Positions 19,488 through 30,212 are shown, counted from the first letter of the stretch. The stretch: DNA of 46,469 bases from an uncultured cyanobacterium (GCA_963719515.1 CAVRCJ010000002.1:1-46469); one strand, 5' to 3'. Notes: a model not told the origin generated them from the letters alone. Numbers and translations: made by a program.

Positions 19488-19734
19488 TGCCCTAATAAGG
19501 TTTGGCTCGATGCTTTAGTACGAGATAGTCTCGTAACCGATGAAAGCTAGAGCATAGATAGGCGGGTAGCATTTGCGCTACTCGCCTTTTTAGTTCGGAG
19601 AATACTTTTTTGAAGAATGGCGGAGAGAATTAACCGAAAGTGAACAAACGCGGCGTTCACTTTACCCCACTTGATTGATGCTGGTTCAGCCACACCGTGA
19701 CAGTCTGAGACAGACCCACCTAGGAGCACTTAGC

Positions 19735-20280
19735 ATGACCACACCCCGCAGCAGGCAGAGAGCCATCGGGCTATTCCCAAGTCGACCGCAAGCCGAAGCG
19801 GCGATGTATCAGCTTCGAGATTCTAATTTCGATATGGACAGAGTTTCAATTGTGGCCAACCAGGAAGCCGGGACAGAGCCCATAGCAGGCCAAACTGTTC
19901 ACAGCGACAAGGCCGATCAGGTTTTGGGGGGTGCGGGGGCGGGCGCTGTCGCGGGCAGTACAACAGGTGGCATGATGGGCCTTATCGGTAGCTTAGGCGT
20001 GCTGGCAATTCCCGGCGTTGGTTTAGCTGCTGAAGTGGGTATTATCCTGGCTAGCACCCTCCTCGGGGGTGGCATTGGAGCGGCAGGGGGAAGTATCGTT
20101 GGCGCTTTAGTCGGCATGGGTGTACCTGAGGAGCGGGCCGCTTACTACAATGAGCGCGTCTACAGCAGGGGTGAATATCTGCTTGTCCTCGAAGGCAGCG
20201 AGCAAGAGCTGCAGCAGGCCCAAACCATCACGAGCGGGCACGGGCTCCGCGACTGGGAGATTTACGGCGTCAGCGAGTAG
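19735..20280 (+). CDS. General stress protein (YflT-like, glycine-zipper membrane segment)
   Basis: RAIGLF..R.QAE.A, glycine-zipper GAGAGAVAG..GLIGSLG.LAIPGVG, GVPEERA..Y; AGGAG RBS before ATG 19735. Confidence 0.78.
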   Translation: MTTPRSRQRAIGLFPSRPQAEAAMYQLRDSNFDMDRVSIVANQEAGTEPIAGQTVHSDKADQVLGGAGAGAVAGSTTGGMMGLIGSLGVLAIPGVGLAAEVGIILASTLLGGGIGAAGGSIVGALVGMGVPEERAAYYNERVYSRGEYLLVLEGSEQELQQAQTITSGHGLRDWEIYGVSE

Positions 20281-20490
20281 CGAGTTTGGGCTCGTATAGA
20301 AAATGTCCTAAGCATTAGAACATTTCGCGCCGCATTGCCTATGCCATGTAAAGCGTTGAGCCCGCAACATTGTTCTAAGCAATGTGGCCAAAGCTATATA
20401 TCGCATAGCGATTGTCCTGTCGCCTACGAAGCGTGTAAAGCGTTGAGCCAGCATTCTCTCGATAGGGCTACCTCGCAAAGGGCAGCCGCC

Positions 20491-20523
20491 AAAAAAAAGG
20501 AGCTAGATGATCCAGCTCCTTTT
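20491..20523. terminator. Bidirectional intrinsic terminator (amt side has 8 U)
   Basis: A8-GGAGCT-loop-AGCTCC-TTTT between convergent genes. Confidence 0.75.
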
Positions 20524-20572
20524 AGTTCGACTTAGAATTTAGGCAATGTTGCCCAAAGCGCAGCCTTGTGGC

Positions 20573-22081
20573 TTAAGTGCGCACTGAGCTACCGCTGGGG
20601 GTAGTAGGACCTACTACTCCAGCCGCCCCACTAGCATCCTTGACGAATCCGCTGTAGGCCTCCATGCCGTGTTCGGCAATGTCAAGGCCAATAAGCTCGT
20701 CCTCTTCAGAAACGCGAATGCCCATAACGGCCTTCAAAACGCCCCAGACAATAGCGGAAAAGACTACCGTAAATAGACCGATAGAGACGATGCCGAGCAG
20801 CTGAGATAGGAGCTGGCCGATGCCTGCGCCGTAGAACAAGCCGTTCTCAAGGTCGAACAGACCGACGGCTAAGGTTCCCCAGATGCCGCACACTAGGTGA
20901 ACTGAGACGGCGCCTACAGGGTCATCAACCTTGATGCTGTCAAAGAACAGCACCGCGAAGACGACAAGGACACCAGCAACCAAGCCGATAATGACAGCAC
21001 CCAGGAAGGATACGCCAGCGCAGCCCGCCGTAATACCCACAAGGCCTGCCAGAATGCCGTTGATGATCATGGAGAGATCGGGCTTGCCCGAGGTCGCCCA
21101 GGAGGTCGCAGTAGCAGCGACAGCACCCGCCGCTGCTGCTAGGTTAGTGGTCACAGCAATGTAAGGAACCGCTTCACTAGCTGCAAGCTCAGAGCCGGGA
21201 TTAAACCCGAACCAGCCGATCCACAGAATGAGACAGCCCAGCATCGCTAAGCTAAGGTTGTGCCCAGGCAGTGCCGCGGGCTGACCATCTTGATATTTGC
21301 CGATGCGAGGGCCGAGGAAGACAGCGCCCACAAGAGCAGCCCAGCCCCCCACGGAATGGACCACCGTAGACCCAGCAAAATCTGAGAAGCCTGCTGCGCC
21401 CAGCCAGCCGTCACCGCTCCAGACCCAGTGGCCTGTGATCGGATAGGAAATGCCTGTTAGCAGGAGGCTAAAGATGATGAAGGCAGTGAAGTGAATGCGC
21501 TCAGCCACTGCTCCAGAGACAATGGTTGCCGCCGTTGCTGCAAAAGCCGCCTGAAACAGAAAGAACACAGACACAGGCAGACCGGCAGGAAACGCATCTA
21601 GGCCATAGGTGCCCGATTCCCCTGTCAAGAACCAGCCGCCGCCACCAATGATGGGGCTACCGCCGCCAAACATTAGGGAAAATCCAAGCGCCCAGAAGGC
21701 GAGAGTGGCTAATGCGAACACAATCAGGTTCTTGGACAAGATGTTGACAGCGTTCTTCTGACGGCAGAAGCCTGTTTCCAGCATGCCGAAGCCTGCGTTC
21801 ATAAAAATGACGAGGACGGATGCGACCGTAATCCAGATGACATCCAGAACGCCCTTAACGTATTCAGGCGTGACGGCGTCCTCTTGAGCTGAGGCAGACA
21901 AGCCCCAAACGCCAACAATTAGCGCCGCAAGCGGTAAGCATACCAGCCAGCGGCGAGAGGATCTTGAGAGGGGAACCGCGCTCGCGATCGCCTTAAACGC
22001 CTTTTCCGGTGTAGACCAGGCGGCGATACCACGCTCAGCGGAGCGGTATCGACTTCTTCTTTTGAGTACCACGTTAGACAT
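20573..22081 (-). CDS. amt: Ammonium transporter (Amt1-type)
   Basis: [51 protein letters not shown]; about 11 TM helices. Confidence 0.96.
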   Translation of the reverse strand: MSNVVLKRRSRYRSAERGIAAWSTPEKAFKAIASAVPLSRSSRRWLVCLPLAALIVGVWGLSASAQEDAVTPEYVKGVLDVIWITVASVLVIFMNAGFGMLETGFCRQKNAVNILSKNLIVFALATLAFWALGFSLMFGGGSPIIGGGGWFLTGESGTYGLDAFPAGLPVSVFFLFQAAFAATAATIVSGAVAERIHFTAFIIFSLLLTGISYPITGHWVWSGDGWLGAAGFSDFAGSTVVHSVGGWAALVGAVFLGPRIGKYQDGQPAALPGHNLSLAMLGCLILWIGWFGFNPGSELAASEAVPYIAVTTNLAAAAGAVAATATSWATSGKPDLSMIINGILAGLVGITAGCAGVSFLGAVIIGLVAGVLVVFAVLFFDSIKVDDPVGAVSVHLVCGIWGTLAVGLFDLENGLFYGAGIGQLLSQLLGIVSIGLFTVVFSAIVWGVLKAVMGIRVSEEDELIGLDIAEHGMEAYSGFVKDASGAAGVVGPTTPSGSSVRT

Positions 22082-22326
22082 TTATAACTAGCCTAAAAGA
22101 TCCGACAACACACAGACTTCGTAGAGAAGCCGCTGTGCGACCCACTGCCATCGATTTACAGCGACGATGCCTTTAACAAGCCAAGACACCTATGCCAGTA
22201 GACAGCTCCGCAACCACAGCCCAAGGTTCAATTTTCTATAGACCCAGGCCTGGAGGCTTGCCCGAGAACAGGGGCAAAAAAGCACCATAGACGGCGGTGC
22301 GAATTAGGGCCAGCACCAATTCACCG

Positions 22327-22369
22327 ATTGCACCAGGTATGTCGCAAGCATTCTGTAATACAGGATACA
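22327..22369 (-). promoter_or_regulatory. NtcA-activated promoter of amt
   Basis: tGTA-ATACAGGA-TACa (GTA-N8-TAC, 22355-22368), followed 22 nt downstream on the minus strand by the -10-like TGCAAT (22332-22327), the canonical class II spacing. Confidence 0.8.
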
Positions 22370-22456
22370 ATTTAGCCCATGGGCAGTGAGATCGTTACGT
22401 TTGTTTAGCGATCGCACGTACTGCGTCCCAAACTCTTCTCAAAAGCGCCATACACC

Positions 22457-22726
22457 CTAAGCCTGCGGACTGTGGTGAGGGCCTGCATAAGACTGCGAGG
22501 TGAAATCAGGGCACCCAATAGCTTCTTCAGACAAGGCTACGGAAGGGCGGACAGAGCATTTGAGATAGTGACTATTGGTGAAAAACTGACAGCCCGCGCA
22601 GGGGATTTTGTGCATTGCTTGAGCCCGTTTGAAGCTATCGCGGCACAGGGACCAAAGACTCCAAGCCGTCAGGCTAATTGTTCCCCAGGCGATGATGCTG
22701 CAGAGTGGCGCGAAGAGTCTGGCCAT
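22457..22726 (-). CDS. Small cyanobacterial membrane protein with Cys motif
   Basis: TM helix, then MHKIPCAGCQFFT..YLKCSVRP..EEAIGC (CxxC..C..C). Confidence 0.72.
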   Translation of the reverse strand: MARLFAPLCSIIAWGTISLTAWSLWSLCRDSFKRAQAMHKIPCAGCQFFTNSHYLKCSVRPSVALSEEAIGCPDFTSQSYAGPHHSPQA

Positions 22727-22881
22727 TGGGCCTCCTGGTTAGTCGGCGTATTGTTTTCAGAGATTCGGATAGATGTTGGATATTGCGGACGGGGCGACTG
22801 GGGCCAACCTTTCCTTTGGGCCGCTGACGTGAGTACTTGACGCAGCCCAAATCGATGCCGCAATAAGTAGGAGTTCATAAA

Positions 22882-22939
22882 TAAACGATGCGCTCAGGGG
22901 GTTTGCCCCCCACCGGGGGGCGAACCCCAACACCGTTTA
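22882..22939. repeat. GC-rich inverted repeat/hairpin
   Basis: GGGGTTTGCCCCCC-acc-GGGGGGCGAACCCC (22898-22928), with outer arms TAAACGATG/CACCGTTTA. Confidence 0.7.
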
Positions 22940-23137
22940 CTTGTGGCTAGCCACTCATACCTGTCGTGATAGCACAGCAGTCGAACTGAAGCGTGTAACA
23001 AATTGTCTCTGATGTCGCATTTATCGTGAGTCATCTTAATAAAGAGCTAAATTCCGACTGGAAAACCGGGGTTATGGCATGATGGGGTGTGGATAGCCGT
23101 CAGAGCAATGTCCCTGATACTTTAGGAGGATTCATTC

Positions 23138-23776
23138 ATGGCATTACAACTGGGTGACACTGTTCCCAACTTTCAGCAAAGCACCAGCGAAGGGAACATC
23201 GATTTCTACGAATGGTCTGGAGACAGCTGGGTTGTGCTGTTCTCTCACCCCGCAGATTACACCCCTGTTTGCACCACTGAGCTGGGCGAAGTGGCAAAAC
23301 TCAAGCCAGAGTTTGACAAGCGTAATACTAAGGTGATCGCCCTTAGCGTTGACGATGCCGACTCTCACGCGGGCTGGATCGGCGATATCAACGAGACCCA
23401 AAGCACCAACGTGAACTATCCCATCATTGCCGATGCGGATAAGAAGGTATCTGACCTGTACGGCATGATTCACCCAAACGCCAACGCCAAAGTTACGGTG
23501 CGCAGCGTCTTCGTCATCGACCCCCAGCGCAAGGTTCGCCTCACGATCACCTATCCCCCCAGCACGGGCCGCAACTTTGATGAGATTCTGCGGGTTATTG
23601 ACTCGCTTCAGCTCACCGATGACTATAAAGTGGCGACGCCGGCGAACTGGAAAGACGGCGACGATTGCGTCATTGTCCCCACAATCAAAGAAGAAGCGGA
23701 GCTCAAGGAGCGCTTTCCGAAGGGCTACACCGTGGTTAAGCCCTATCTGCGGATGACGCCTCAGCCGAATAAGTAG
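23138..23776 (+). CDS. 1-Cys peroxiredoxin (Prx6)
   Basis: FSHPADYTPVCTTE active site, GRNFDEILR, ATPANW; AGGAGG RBS. Confidence 0.96.
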   Translation: MALQLGDTVPNFQQSTSEGNIDFYEWSGDSWVVLFSHPADYTPVCTTELGEVAKLKPEFDKRNTKVIALSVDDADSHAGWIGDINETQSTNVNYPIIADADKKVSDLYGMIHPNANAKVTVRSVFVIDPQRKVRLTITYPPSTGRNFDEILRVIDSLQLTDDYKVATPANWKDGDDCVIVPTIKEEAELKERFPKGYTVVKPYLRMTPQPNK

Positions 23777-23798
23777 GCGTCTGTTTCTAAATCCCTAT

Positions 23799-23835
23799 AA
23801 AAAAGGCTCACGGGGTAATCCTGTGAGCCTTTTTT
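23799..23835. terminator. Bidirectional intrinsic terminator between prx and ndhN
   Basis: AAAAAAGGCTCACGGG..CCTGTGAGCCTTTTTT. Confidence 0.85.
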
Positions 23836-23873
23836 ATGATTTTACAGAGGGGTTTTCTGAGCCCTACAGTGGT

Positions 23874-24350
23874 CTAAGCAGCCAGCAAGACTTTCTCCAG
23901 AGGCTTCCAAGAGAACTCGCGATCGCCGCCCATCTCAGCAATGACCTTAATCCGGGGCTCACGAGCGGGGAGCTGAGCCAAGAACTCGAGTTCTTGCTTA
24001 GAAAGAATGCTGCCCTCCAGAAGCCATAGGACTAGACCCTTTGAGCCTGCCGGGAGATGCTCTAGCCGGTAGCCCGCCATGGGAGGAATGAAGTAGCGGT
24101 AGCCCACCGCACCGTCGGTTCCAATATCCTTCTTTCCCAGATGGGGCGGACGGATGCCGTGAACATCCAGTAAATATGCCGCCGGGTCGCCCAGTCCGCG
24201 GGCAGTTATCACGTCTACGGCGTAACCAGCTCCTCGAACTCTCCGCTGATAGCGCCCTTCATGGCCCCCTTCTAGAGGGGTATAGACCGCTAAGGCACCC
24301 GCCTGAGATAGATCGCTGACGAATTTTTTACCGGTGATGAGCAGTGCCAT
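23874..24350 (-). CDS. ndhN: NAD(P)H-quinone oxidoreductase (NDH-1) subunit N
   Basis: MALLITGKKF..GALAVY.PLEGG.EGRYQRR, HGIRPPHLGK; usual divergent position next to rplC in cyanobacteria. Confidence 0.95.
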   Translation of the reverse strand: MALLITGKKFVSDLSQAGALAVYTPLEGGHEGRYQRRVRGAGYAVDVITARGLGDPAAYLLDVHGIRPPHLGKKDIGTDGAVGYRYFIPPMAGYRLEHLPAGSKGLVLWLLEGSILSKQELEFLAQLPAREPRIKVIAEMGGDREFSWKPLEKVLLAA

Positions 24351-24495
24351 TTTATCGTATGCCCTCCGTTACCCACAGTTTGGACCAATTACTCTACCCT
24401 ACTGTGGCGCACTCACGCCGCTGATGCAAGACCTCAACGTGGGAGCTCGCGAGGATCTAGCATTCCAGACTAAAAATTTGTTGCGGCAAATGTTA

Positions 24496-24524
24496 TAGAC
24501 AAGTCGCGGTTAGTCGAGTATCAT
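24496..24524 (+). promoter_or_regulatory. Putative sigma70-type promoter of the rplC operon
   Basis: TAGACA-17 bp-TATCAT. Confidence 0.6.
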
Positions 24525-25042
24525 GAGTAACCGGATCGAAAAACGCTGTAGCCAAAAGCGATCGCATTTTGCGTTAGCGCTTTAGCTCAATGCGCATTAA
24601 GGCATGGATTTCAAGATGTGGACTGTCGCCGTACGGACCACAGATTGTGTTCGAAAAGCGCTTTGATTTGGCTACAACTTCCGCAAAAGAGCGCCAGCGT
24701 ACGCTATACTGGTTTCTCTAGGGCAGTCTTGATTTATCAAGGCTTTGCTTGGAAGGGGCGAATAGCCACATAAGGATACTGTAGGGTCAGCTTGACTCGC
24801 GTCTTTTGACTCACTGCAAGTCCTGGCTATCCATCTGTGTTTTATCACCTCAATTCGATAAAGAGAAAAGGCTTTCAAAGCAGCTCTGCCGCAGCGATAG
24901 CCGGATTTCTTTGTGCGATGATGTTCAGCTGCATAGGATTGCCTTTGCCGGCGGGTTTTAACCGTTTCGGAAGAGGCGGCCTTGGCCTGCTGGAATACGG
25001 CGATCGTCTGACGTAATAGCTCTATTGGGAGGCCTGGCTGCT

Positions 25043-25672
25043 ATGGCTATGGGTATTCTTGGCACAAAACTCGGCATGACCCAGGTCTTTGACGACCAGG
25101 GCCGTGCTATTCCGGTAACGGTTGTTCAGGCGGGGCCTTGCACCGTGACGCAGGTTAAGTCCAATAAGACGGACGGCTACGCTGCTGTTCAAGTTGGCTA
25201 TGGCGAGGTTACTGAAAAGGCGCTCAACAAGCCAAAGCTGGGTCATCTGAGCAAGTCTAGCGCTTCTCCTGTGCGCTATCTGCGCGAGTATCGTTTGCTG
25301 GACGTTGACGGCTTTGAGCTGGGGCAGCAAATTACCGTCGAGGCATTTGAGACTGGACAGCTGGTAGACGTTATCGGCACCAGCATCGGTAAAGGATTTG
25401 CGGGCTATCAGAAGCGCCACAACTTCCGCCGAGGACCCATGTCTCACGGCTCTAAAAACCATCGCCAGCCCGGCTCTACAGGAGCGGGAACTACGCCAGG
25501 GCGCATCTATCCCGGTAAGCGTATGGCGGGGCGCATGGGCGGTGAGCGCGTTACCGTTCGCAAGCTTGCCATTGTTCAAGTTGATGGCGAGCGTAATCTT
25601 TTGCTAATCAAAGGCGCTGTTCCCGGAAAGCCCGGCACCTTTTTAGACATCCGCCCTACGAGAAAATGGTAG
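25043..25672 (+). CDS. rplC: 50S ribosomal protein L3
   Basis: [39 protein letters not shown] before ATG 25043. Confidence 0.97.
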   Translation: MAMGILGTKLGMTQVFDDQGRAIPVTVVQAGPCTVTQVKSNKTDGYAAVQVGYGEVTEKALNKPKLGHLSKSSASPVRYLREYRLLDVDGFELGQQITVEAFETGQLVDVIGTSIGKGFAGYQKRHNFRRGPMSHGSKNHRQPGSTGAGTTPGRIYPGKRMAGRMGGERVTVRKLAIVQVDGERNLLLIKGAVPGKPGTFLDIRPTRKW

Positions 25673-25746
25673 CTCCAAATTGGTGAATGGCCTGGCGACA
25701 GCCGAAGAGCAATAGACAGCACGACTAGCGAGGGAGATGAGTAGAG

Positions 25747-26379
25747 ATGGCAGATTGCGCGATTCAAAATTGGCAAGGGGAGGACGTCGGTAGCGCCTCC
25801 ATTGACCTGGCAGTAGCCAGCAGCGAAACGGCAAGCCACGTTGTTCACCGGGCGCTGGTGCGACAGATGGCTAATGCCCGTCAAGGGACAGCCTCTGCGA
25901 AGACCCGCGCTGAAGTTCGTGGGGGAGGGCGCAAGCCTTGGCGGCAGAAAGGAACTGGTCGGGCTCGAGCTGGCTCAATTCGGTCGCCGCTGTGGAAAGG
26001 GGGCGGCGTCATCTTTGGTCCTAAGCCAAGGGACTACAGCCAAAAAATGAACCGCAAGGAGCGGCGGCTGGCTTTAAGAACGGCTTTCCAAGGCCGTGTT
26101 GACAGCCTGATTGTGGTAGAAGACTTCGCTGAGCAGCTGACGCGACCCAAAACAAAAGAATTTGTTTCGGCCCTCACTCGCTGGGGTGTCGCTGTTGGCG
26201 ACAAGGTGCTGCTGATTGTGTCTGGGAAGGACGAGAACGTCTACCTATCTGCCCGTAACGTCAGCTCAGTAAAGCTGATTTTGGCAGACAACCTCAACGT
26301 CCGCGATTTACTAGCGGCTGACCGCGTCGTGGTTACGGCATCAGCCTTAGAGAGAGTAAAGGAGAACTACAGTGCCTAG
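25747..26379 (+). CDS. rplD: 50S ribosomal protein L4
   Basis: [33 protein letters not shown]. Confidence 0.98.
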   Translation: MADCAIQNWQGEDVGSASIDLAVASSETASHVVHRALVRQMANARQGTASAKTRAEVRGGGRKPWRQKGTGRARAGSIRSPLWKGGGVIFGPKPRDYSQKMNRKERRLALRTAFQGRVDSLIVVEDFAEQLTRPKTKEFVSALTRWGVAVGDKVLLIVSGKDENVYLSARNVSSVKLILADNLNVRDLLAADRVVVTASALERVKENYSA

Positions 26380-26674
26380 ATTTAGCGAGCGCGACTTGCC
26401 CGACATTGTCCGTCGCCCTCTGGTGACAGAGAAGGCAACCATTGCCCTTGAGGACAATAAATATCTTTTCGAGGTCGATCCTAGAGCGACCAAGCTAGAC
26501 GTCAAAGCGGCGATTGAGTCCCTGTTTGACGTCACGGTGGTCAAAATAAATACTCAAAATCCGCCGTACAAAACTCGGCGCATGGGCCGCTTTGTAGGCC
26601 GTAGACCCCACTACAAGAAGGCGACGGTTACGCTGGCTGCCGGAGACTCAATCACGCTATTCCCCGAAGTCTAA
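26372..26674 (+). CDS. rplW: 50S ribosomal protein L23
   Basis: PLVTEKA, YLFEVD..ATK..VK.AIE.LF.V.V; GTG start overlapping rplD. Confidence 0.96.
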   Translation: MPRFSERDLPDIVRRPLVTEKATIALEDNKYLFEVDPRATKLDVKAAIESLFDVTVVKINTQNPPYKTRRMGRFVGRRPHYKKATVTLAAGDSITLFPEV

Positions 26675-26766
26675 ATCCATATGCAGTCTGGAGCCACAGC
26701 TCAGTATCGGGACGCGCGCTCCCAAAGGCGCATCTATTTAGTAGTCACTCAGCACCAACGGTAATC

Positions 26767-27630
26767 ATGGGAATTCGCTCTTTTCGCCCCTACACCCCTG
26801 GAACTCGAGAACGGGTCATCTCAGACTTCTCCGAACTAACCCGGGACAAACCAGAAAAATCTTTGGTCAAGCGCGTTCACCGCGCTAAAGGCCGCAACAA
26901 CCGGGGCGTTATCACCTGTCGGCACCGGGGGGGTGGACACAAGCGCCTTTACCGTATGGTGGACTTTCGCCGCAATAAGCATGGGATCTCCGCCGAGGTG
27001 GTTTCGGTAGAGTACGATCCGAACCGCAACGCCCGAATTTCGCTGGTGCAGTACGAGGATGGCGAGAAGCGCTACATCCTTCATCCCGAAAATCTGGCGG
27101 TGGGAACTACTATTATCTCTGGCCCCAACGCGCCGTTTGAAGTAGGCAACGCGCTGCCCCTCGGCAACATTCCCCTGGGTACCCTGGTTCACAACGTAGA
27201 GCTTTATCCCGGTCGGGGCGGACAAATGGTTCGTTCTGCGGGAGCCTCAGCGCAGGTTGTGGCAAAAGACGGCGACTTGGTGACCCTAAAGATGCCGTCC
27301 TCTGAGGTCCGGCTGATTCGGCGGGAGTGCTACGCCACCATCGGTTCGGTGGGCAACTCGGAGATGCGCAACATGAGCTTGGGCAAGGCAGGCCGCAAGC
27401 GCTGGCTAGGTCGTCGTCCTGAAGTTCGCGGCAGCGTCATGAACCCGGTCGACCACCCCCACGGTGGCGGTGAGGGCCGCGCTCCTATTGGCCGCAGCCA
27501 TCCGGTAACGCCTTGGGGTAAGCCCGCCCTGGGCAAGAAAACCCGCAAGAAAAAGAAACAGAGTGACGCTATGATTGTTCGCCGCCGCCGCCGTTCGTCT
27601 AAGCGGGGTCGGGGTGGCCGGAACGCCTAA
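26767..27630 (+). CDS. rplB: 50S ribosomal protein L2
   Basis: [36 protein letters not shown]. Confidence 0.98.
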   Translation: MGIRSFRPYTPGTRERVISDFSELTRDKPEKSLVKRVHRAKGRNNRGVITCRHRGGGHKRLYRMVDFRRNKHGISAEVVSVEYDPNRNARISLVQYEDGEKRYILHPENLAVGTTIISGPNAPFEVGNALPLGNIPLGTLVHNVELYPGRGGQMVRSAGASAQVVAKDGDLVTLKMPSSEVRLIRRECYATIGSVGNSEMRNMSLGKAGRKRWLGRRPEVRGSVMNPVDHPHGGGEGRAPIGRSHPVTPWGKPALGKKTRKKKKQSDAMIVRRRRRSSKRGRGGRNA

Positions 27631-27688
27631 CGGCAGCGCTGCCTGCCTGAATTGTTAGTCCGGAGTCGTTTTATCTGAGGTCAACGCT

Positions 27689-27967
27689 ATGTCTCGCTCC
27701 CTAAAAAAAGGCCCCTTTATTGCTGACCATCTGCTCAGCAAAATCGAAGCGCTCAACGCTAAGGGTGACAAGCAAGTGATCAAAACTTGGTCCCGCGCTT
27801 CCACAATTTTGCCCCAGATGATTGGCCACACCATTGCCGTCCACAACGGCCGTCAGCATGTGCCCGTGTTTATCACCGAGCAAATGGTGGGACACAAGCT
27901 AGGGGAGTTTGCGCCGACGCGGACATTCCGGGGCCACGCTAAGAGCGATAAAAAGGCGCGGCGCTAA
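27689..27967 (+). CDS. rpsS: 30S ribosomal protein S19
   Basis: [28 protein letters not shown]. Confidence 0.98.
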   Translation: MSRSLKKGPFIADHLLSKIEALNAKGDKQVIKTWSRASTILPQMIGHTIAVHNGRQHVPVFITEQMVGHKLGEFAPTRTFRGHAKSDKKARR

Positions 27968-28037
27968 CCCAGCGGCACCGTTGGCACCGGATAAGGACCT
28001 GAATCAATTAGTGGGTTAGACCAATAGGAGAAAGTTA

Positions 28038-28397
28038 ATGGCTGTCGGTACAAGCAATGATGTAAAGGCGATCGCTCGCTATATTCGGATGTCGCCTCAC
28101 AAGGTACGCCGCGTGCTCGACCAGATTCGAGGTCGGAGCTACCGGGAAGCGTTGATTGTCTTAGAATTCATGCCCTACCGGGCCTGCGACCCTATCTTAA
28201 AGGTTTTACGCTCTGCCGTTGCCAATGCAGAGAACAACGAGGGCTACGATCCTAGGACGCTGATCATTAGTCAAGCGTTTGCCGACCAGGGCCCTGTCCT
28301 CAAGCGCTACCGCCCCCGCGCTCAAGGTCGTGCCTTTCAAATCCGCAAACCGACTTGTCACATCACGATTGCCGTGGCTCCCGGTGAAGACGAGTAG
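28038..28397 (+). CDS. rplV: 50S ribosomal protein L22
   Basis: [33 protein letters not shown]. Confidence 0.98.
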   Translation: MAVGTSNDVKAIARYIRMSPHKVRRVLDQIRGRSYREALIVLEFMPYRACDPILKVLRSAVANAENNEGYDPRTLIISQAFADQGPVLKRYRPRAQGRAFQIRKPTCHITIAVAPGEDE

Positions 28398-28469
28398 TCT
28401 CCAAGTCAACCTTTGACATTTAGACCGTAAAGACCGTAGCCAGACCCTAGTCATTAGAGAGATCATACT

Positions 28470-29210
28470 GTGGGACAGAAAATTCACCCAATCGGATTCC
28501 GCCTCGGTATTACCCAAGAGCATCGCTCAAAGTGGTTTGCCGACACCAACCGTTACCCTGAGCTGCTGCAGGAAGACCACAAGATTCGTGAGTATATCTA
28601 CAACACGAATCCCTTCTCGAACGCAGGAATTTCTCAGGTATATATCGAGCGGAAAGCCGATCAGATTGATCTAGAAATTCGTACGGCTAGGCCAGGCGTG
28701 ATCGTGGGTCGAGGCGGCTCTGGAATTGATCAGCTCCGGACCGGTCTACAGCAGGCATTAGGCGACAGCAGTCGCCAGATTCGTATCAACGTCGTGGAGG
28801 TAGCTCGCGTTGACGCGGACGCCGCGCTAGTCGCTGAGTATATTATCCAGCAGCTTGAGCGCCGGGTTTCCTTTCGCCGCGTCGTTCGGCAGGTGATTCA
28901 GCGGGCCGAGCGCGCTGGCGTAGAAGGCATCAAAATCCAGATTAGCGGTCGTCTCAATGGCGCAGAGATTGCGCGAACGGAGCAAACCCGCGAAGGTAAG
29001 GTGCCGCTTCACACCCTACGGGCTGACATCGACTATTCCTATAAAACCGCTCAAACCATCTATGGGGTGATTGGGGTCAAGGTGTGGGTGTTTAAAGGGG
29101 AAATTGTTCCCGGACAAGAGGCAGCCAACCAGGCTTCAGACGCCCAGCCCAAGCGACGCCAACAGCAGCGGCGTCGCCAGCAATTCGAGGATCGCTCTAA
29201 CGAGGGCTAG
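28470..29210 (+). CDS. rpsC: 30S ribosomal protein S3
   Basis: [41 protein letters not shown]. Confidence 0.98.
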   Translation: MGQKIHPIGFRLGITQEHRSKWFADTNRYPELLQEDHKIREYIYNTNPFSNAGISQVYIERKADQIDLEIRTARPGVIVGRGGSGIDQLRTGLQQALGDSSRQIRINVVEVARVDADAALVAEYIIQQLERRVSFRRVVRQVIQRAERAGVEGIKIQISGRLNGAEIARTEQTREGKVPLHTLRADIDYSYKTAQTIYGVIGVKVWVFKGEIVPGQEAANQASDAQPKRRQQQRRRQQFEDRSNEG

Positions 29211-29239
29211 GCTTTCAGCCATTGCGATCAAAGCCCGTT

Positions 29240-29284
29240 GCCCAAGGATCGACAGCCCAGACATCAATAGCTCAAGGATCAATC
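29240..29284. repeat. Three imperfect 15-bp tandem repeats between rpsC and rplP
   Basis: GCCCAAGGATCGACA / GCCCAGACATCAATA / GCTCAAGGATCAATC. Confidence 0.6.
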
Positions 29285-29285
29285 C

Positions 29286-29708
29286 ATGCTCAGCCCTAAA
29301 CGTACAAAATTCCGTAAACAGCACCGTGGTCGCATGCGCGGTATGGCTAGCCGCGGTAACGAAATAAACTTTGGTGACTTTGCCCTGCAGGCGCTTGAAC
29401 CCTCGTGGATTACGGCGCGGCAGATTGAGGCCGGTCGGCGGGCTATGACTCGCTACGTTAAACGGGGCGGCAAGATCTGGATTCGGGTTTTCCCAGACAA
29501 GCCCGTTACCATGCGCCCTGCCGAGACGCGAATGGGTTCGGGTAAAGGTAATCCAGAATTTTGGGTGGCTGTGGTTAAGCCGGGTCGGATTTTATTTGAG
29601 ATTGCGGGCGTTCCGGAGTCGGTCGCAAAAGAGGCGATGCGTCTCGCGGCGTTCAAGCTTCCCATCAAGACTAAGTTTATTGCCAGGGAATCGGCGGAGG
29701 AGTCATAG
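29286..29708 (+). CDS. rplP: 50S ribosomal protein L16
   Basis: [22 protein letters not shown]. Confidence 0.98.
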   Translation: MLSPKRTKFRKQHRGRMRGMASRGNEINFGDFALQALEPSWITARQIEAGRRAMTRYVKRGGKIWIRVFPDKPVTMRPAETRMGSGKGNPEFWVAVVKPGRILFEIAGVPESVAKEAMRLAAFKLPIKTKFIARESAEES

Positions 29709-29960
29709 ATGCCACTATCAAAAGCAAGTGAGGTCCGGGAGCTGACGGATCAAGAAATAGGGGATGAAATCCTATCGCTCAAAAAGCAGCTGTTTGATCT
29801 GCGATTTCAAAAAGGAACTCGCCGGCTAGAAACTCCCCACCAGTTCAAACACATACGGCATCGGCTGGCTCAGCTCATGACGGTAGAGCGGGAGAGGCTT
29901 ACCGCAGCATCATATGAGCCGGACGAGACCGCAGTTTCACCATCTACAGAAGAGAGCTAA
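29709..29960 (+). CDS. rpmC: 50S ribosomal protein L29
   Basis: [24 protein letters not shown]; operon position. Confidence 0.95.
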   Translation: MPLSKASEVRELTDQEIGDEILSLKKQLFDLRFQKGTRRLETPHQFKHIRHRLAQLMTVERERLTAASYEPDETAVSPSTEES

Positions 29961-29963
29961 GCT

Positions 29964-30212
29964 ATGGCGACTAAAGAGCGTATTGGGGTTGTGGTAAGCG
30001 ACAAGATGGACAAGACAGTCGTGGTTGCCGTTGAAATGCGATCGCCCCACCCCAAGTACGGAAAAATCATGGTCCGCACAAAGCGATATAAAGTCCATGA
30101 CGAAGACAACGAATGTAATACGGGCGATCGCGTTCGCATCCAGGAGACTCGTCCTCTTAGCAAGACGAAGCGGTGGGCGGTCGCAGATGTGCTAGAAGCC
30201 GCTGTGCAATAG
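29964..30212 (+). CDS. rpsQ: 30S ribosomal protein S17
   Basis: [31 protein letters not shown]. Confidence 0.98.
   Translation: MATKERIGVVVSDKMDKTVVVAVEMRSPHPKYGKIMVRTKRYKVHDEDNECNTGDRVRIQETRPLSKTKRWAVADVLEAAVQ

Noticed and set aside
22669..22878. 69-aa minus-strand ORF overlapping the Cys-motif gene
   Set aside because: It has no recognisable motif or RBS and overlaps a better-supported gene out of frame.
24672..24878. 68-aa minus-strand ORF in the rplC leader
   Set aside because: It has a non-ATG start, no RBS and no recognisable family; a non-coding leader explains the region better.
25655..25715. Abrupt L3 C-terminus (RPTRKW*) with another frame continuing [15 protein letters not shown]
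   Set aside because: It could be an indel in the A run, but L3 C-termini vary and the length is near normal; it cannot be decided without reads.
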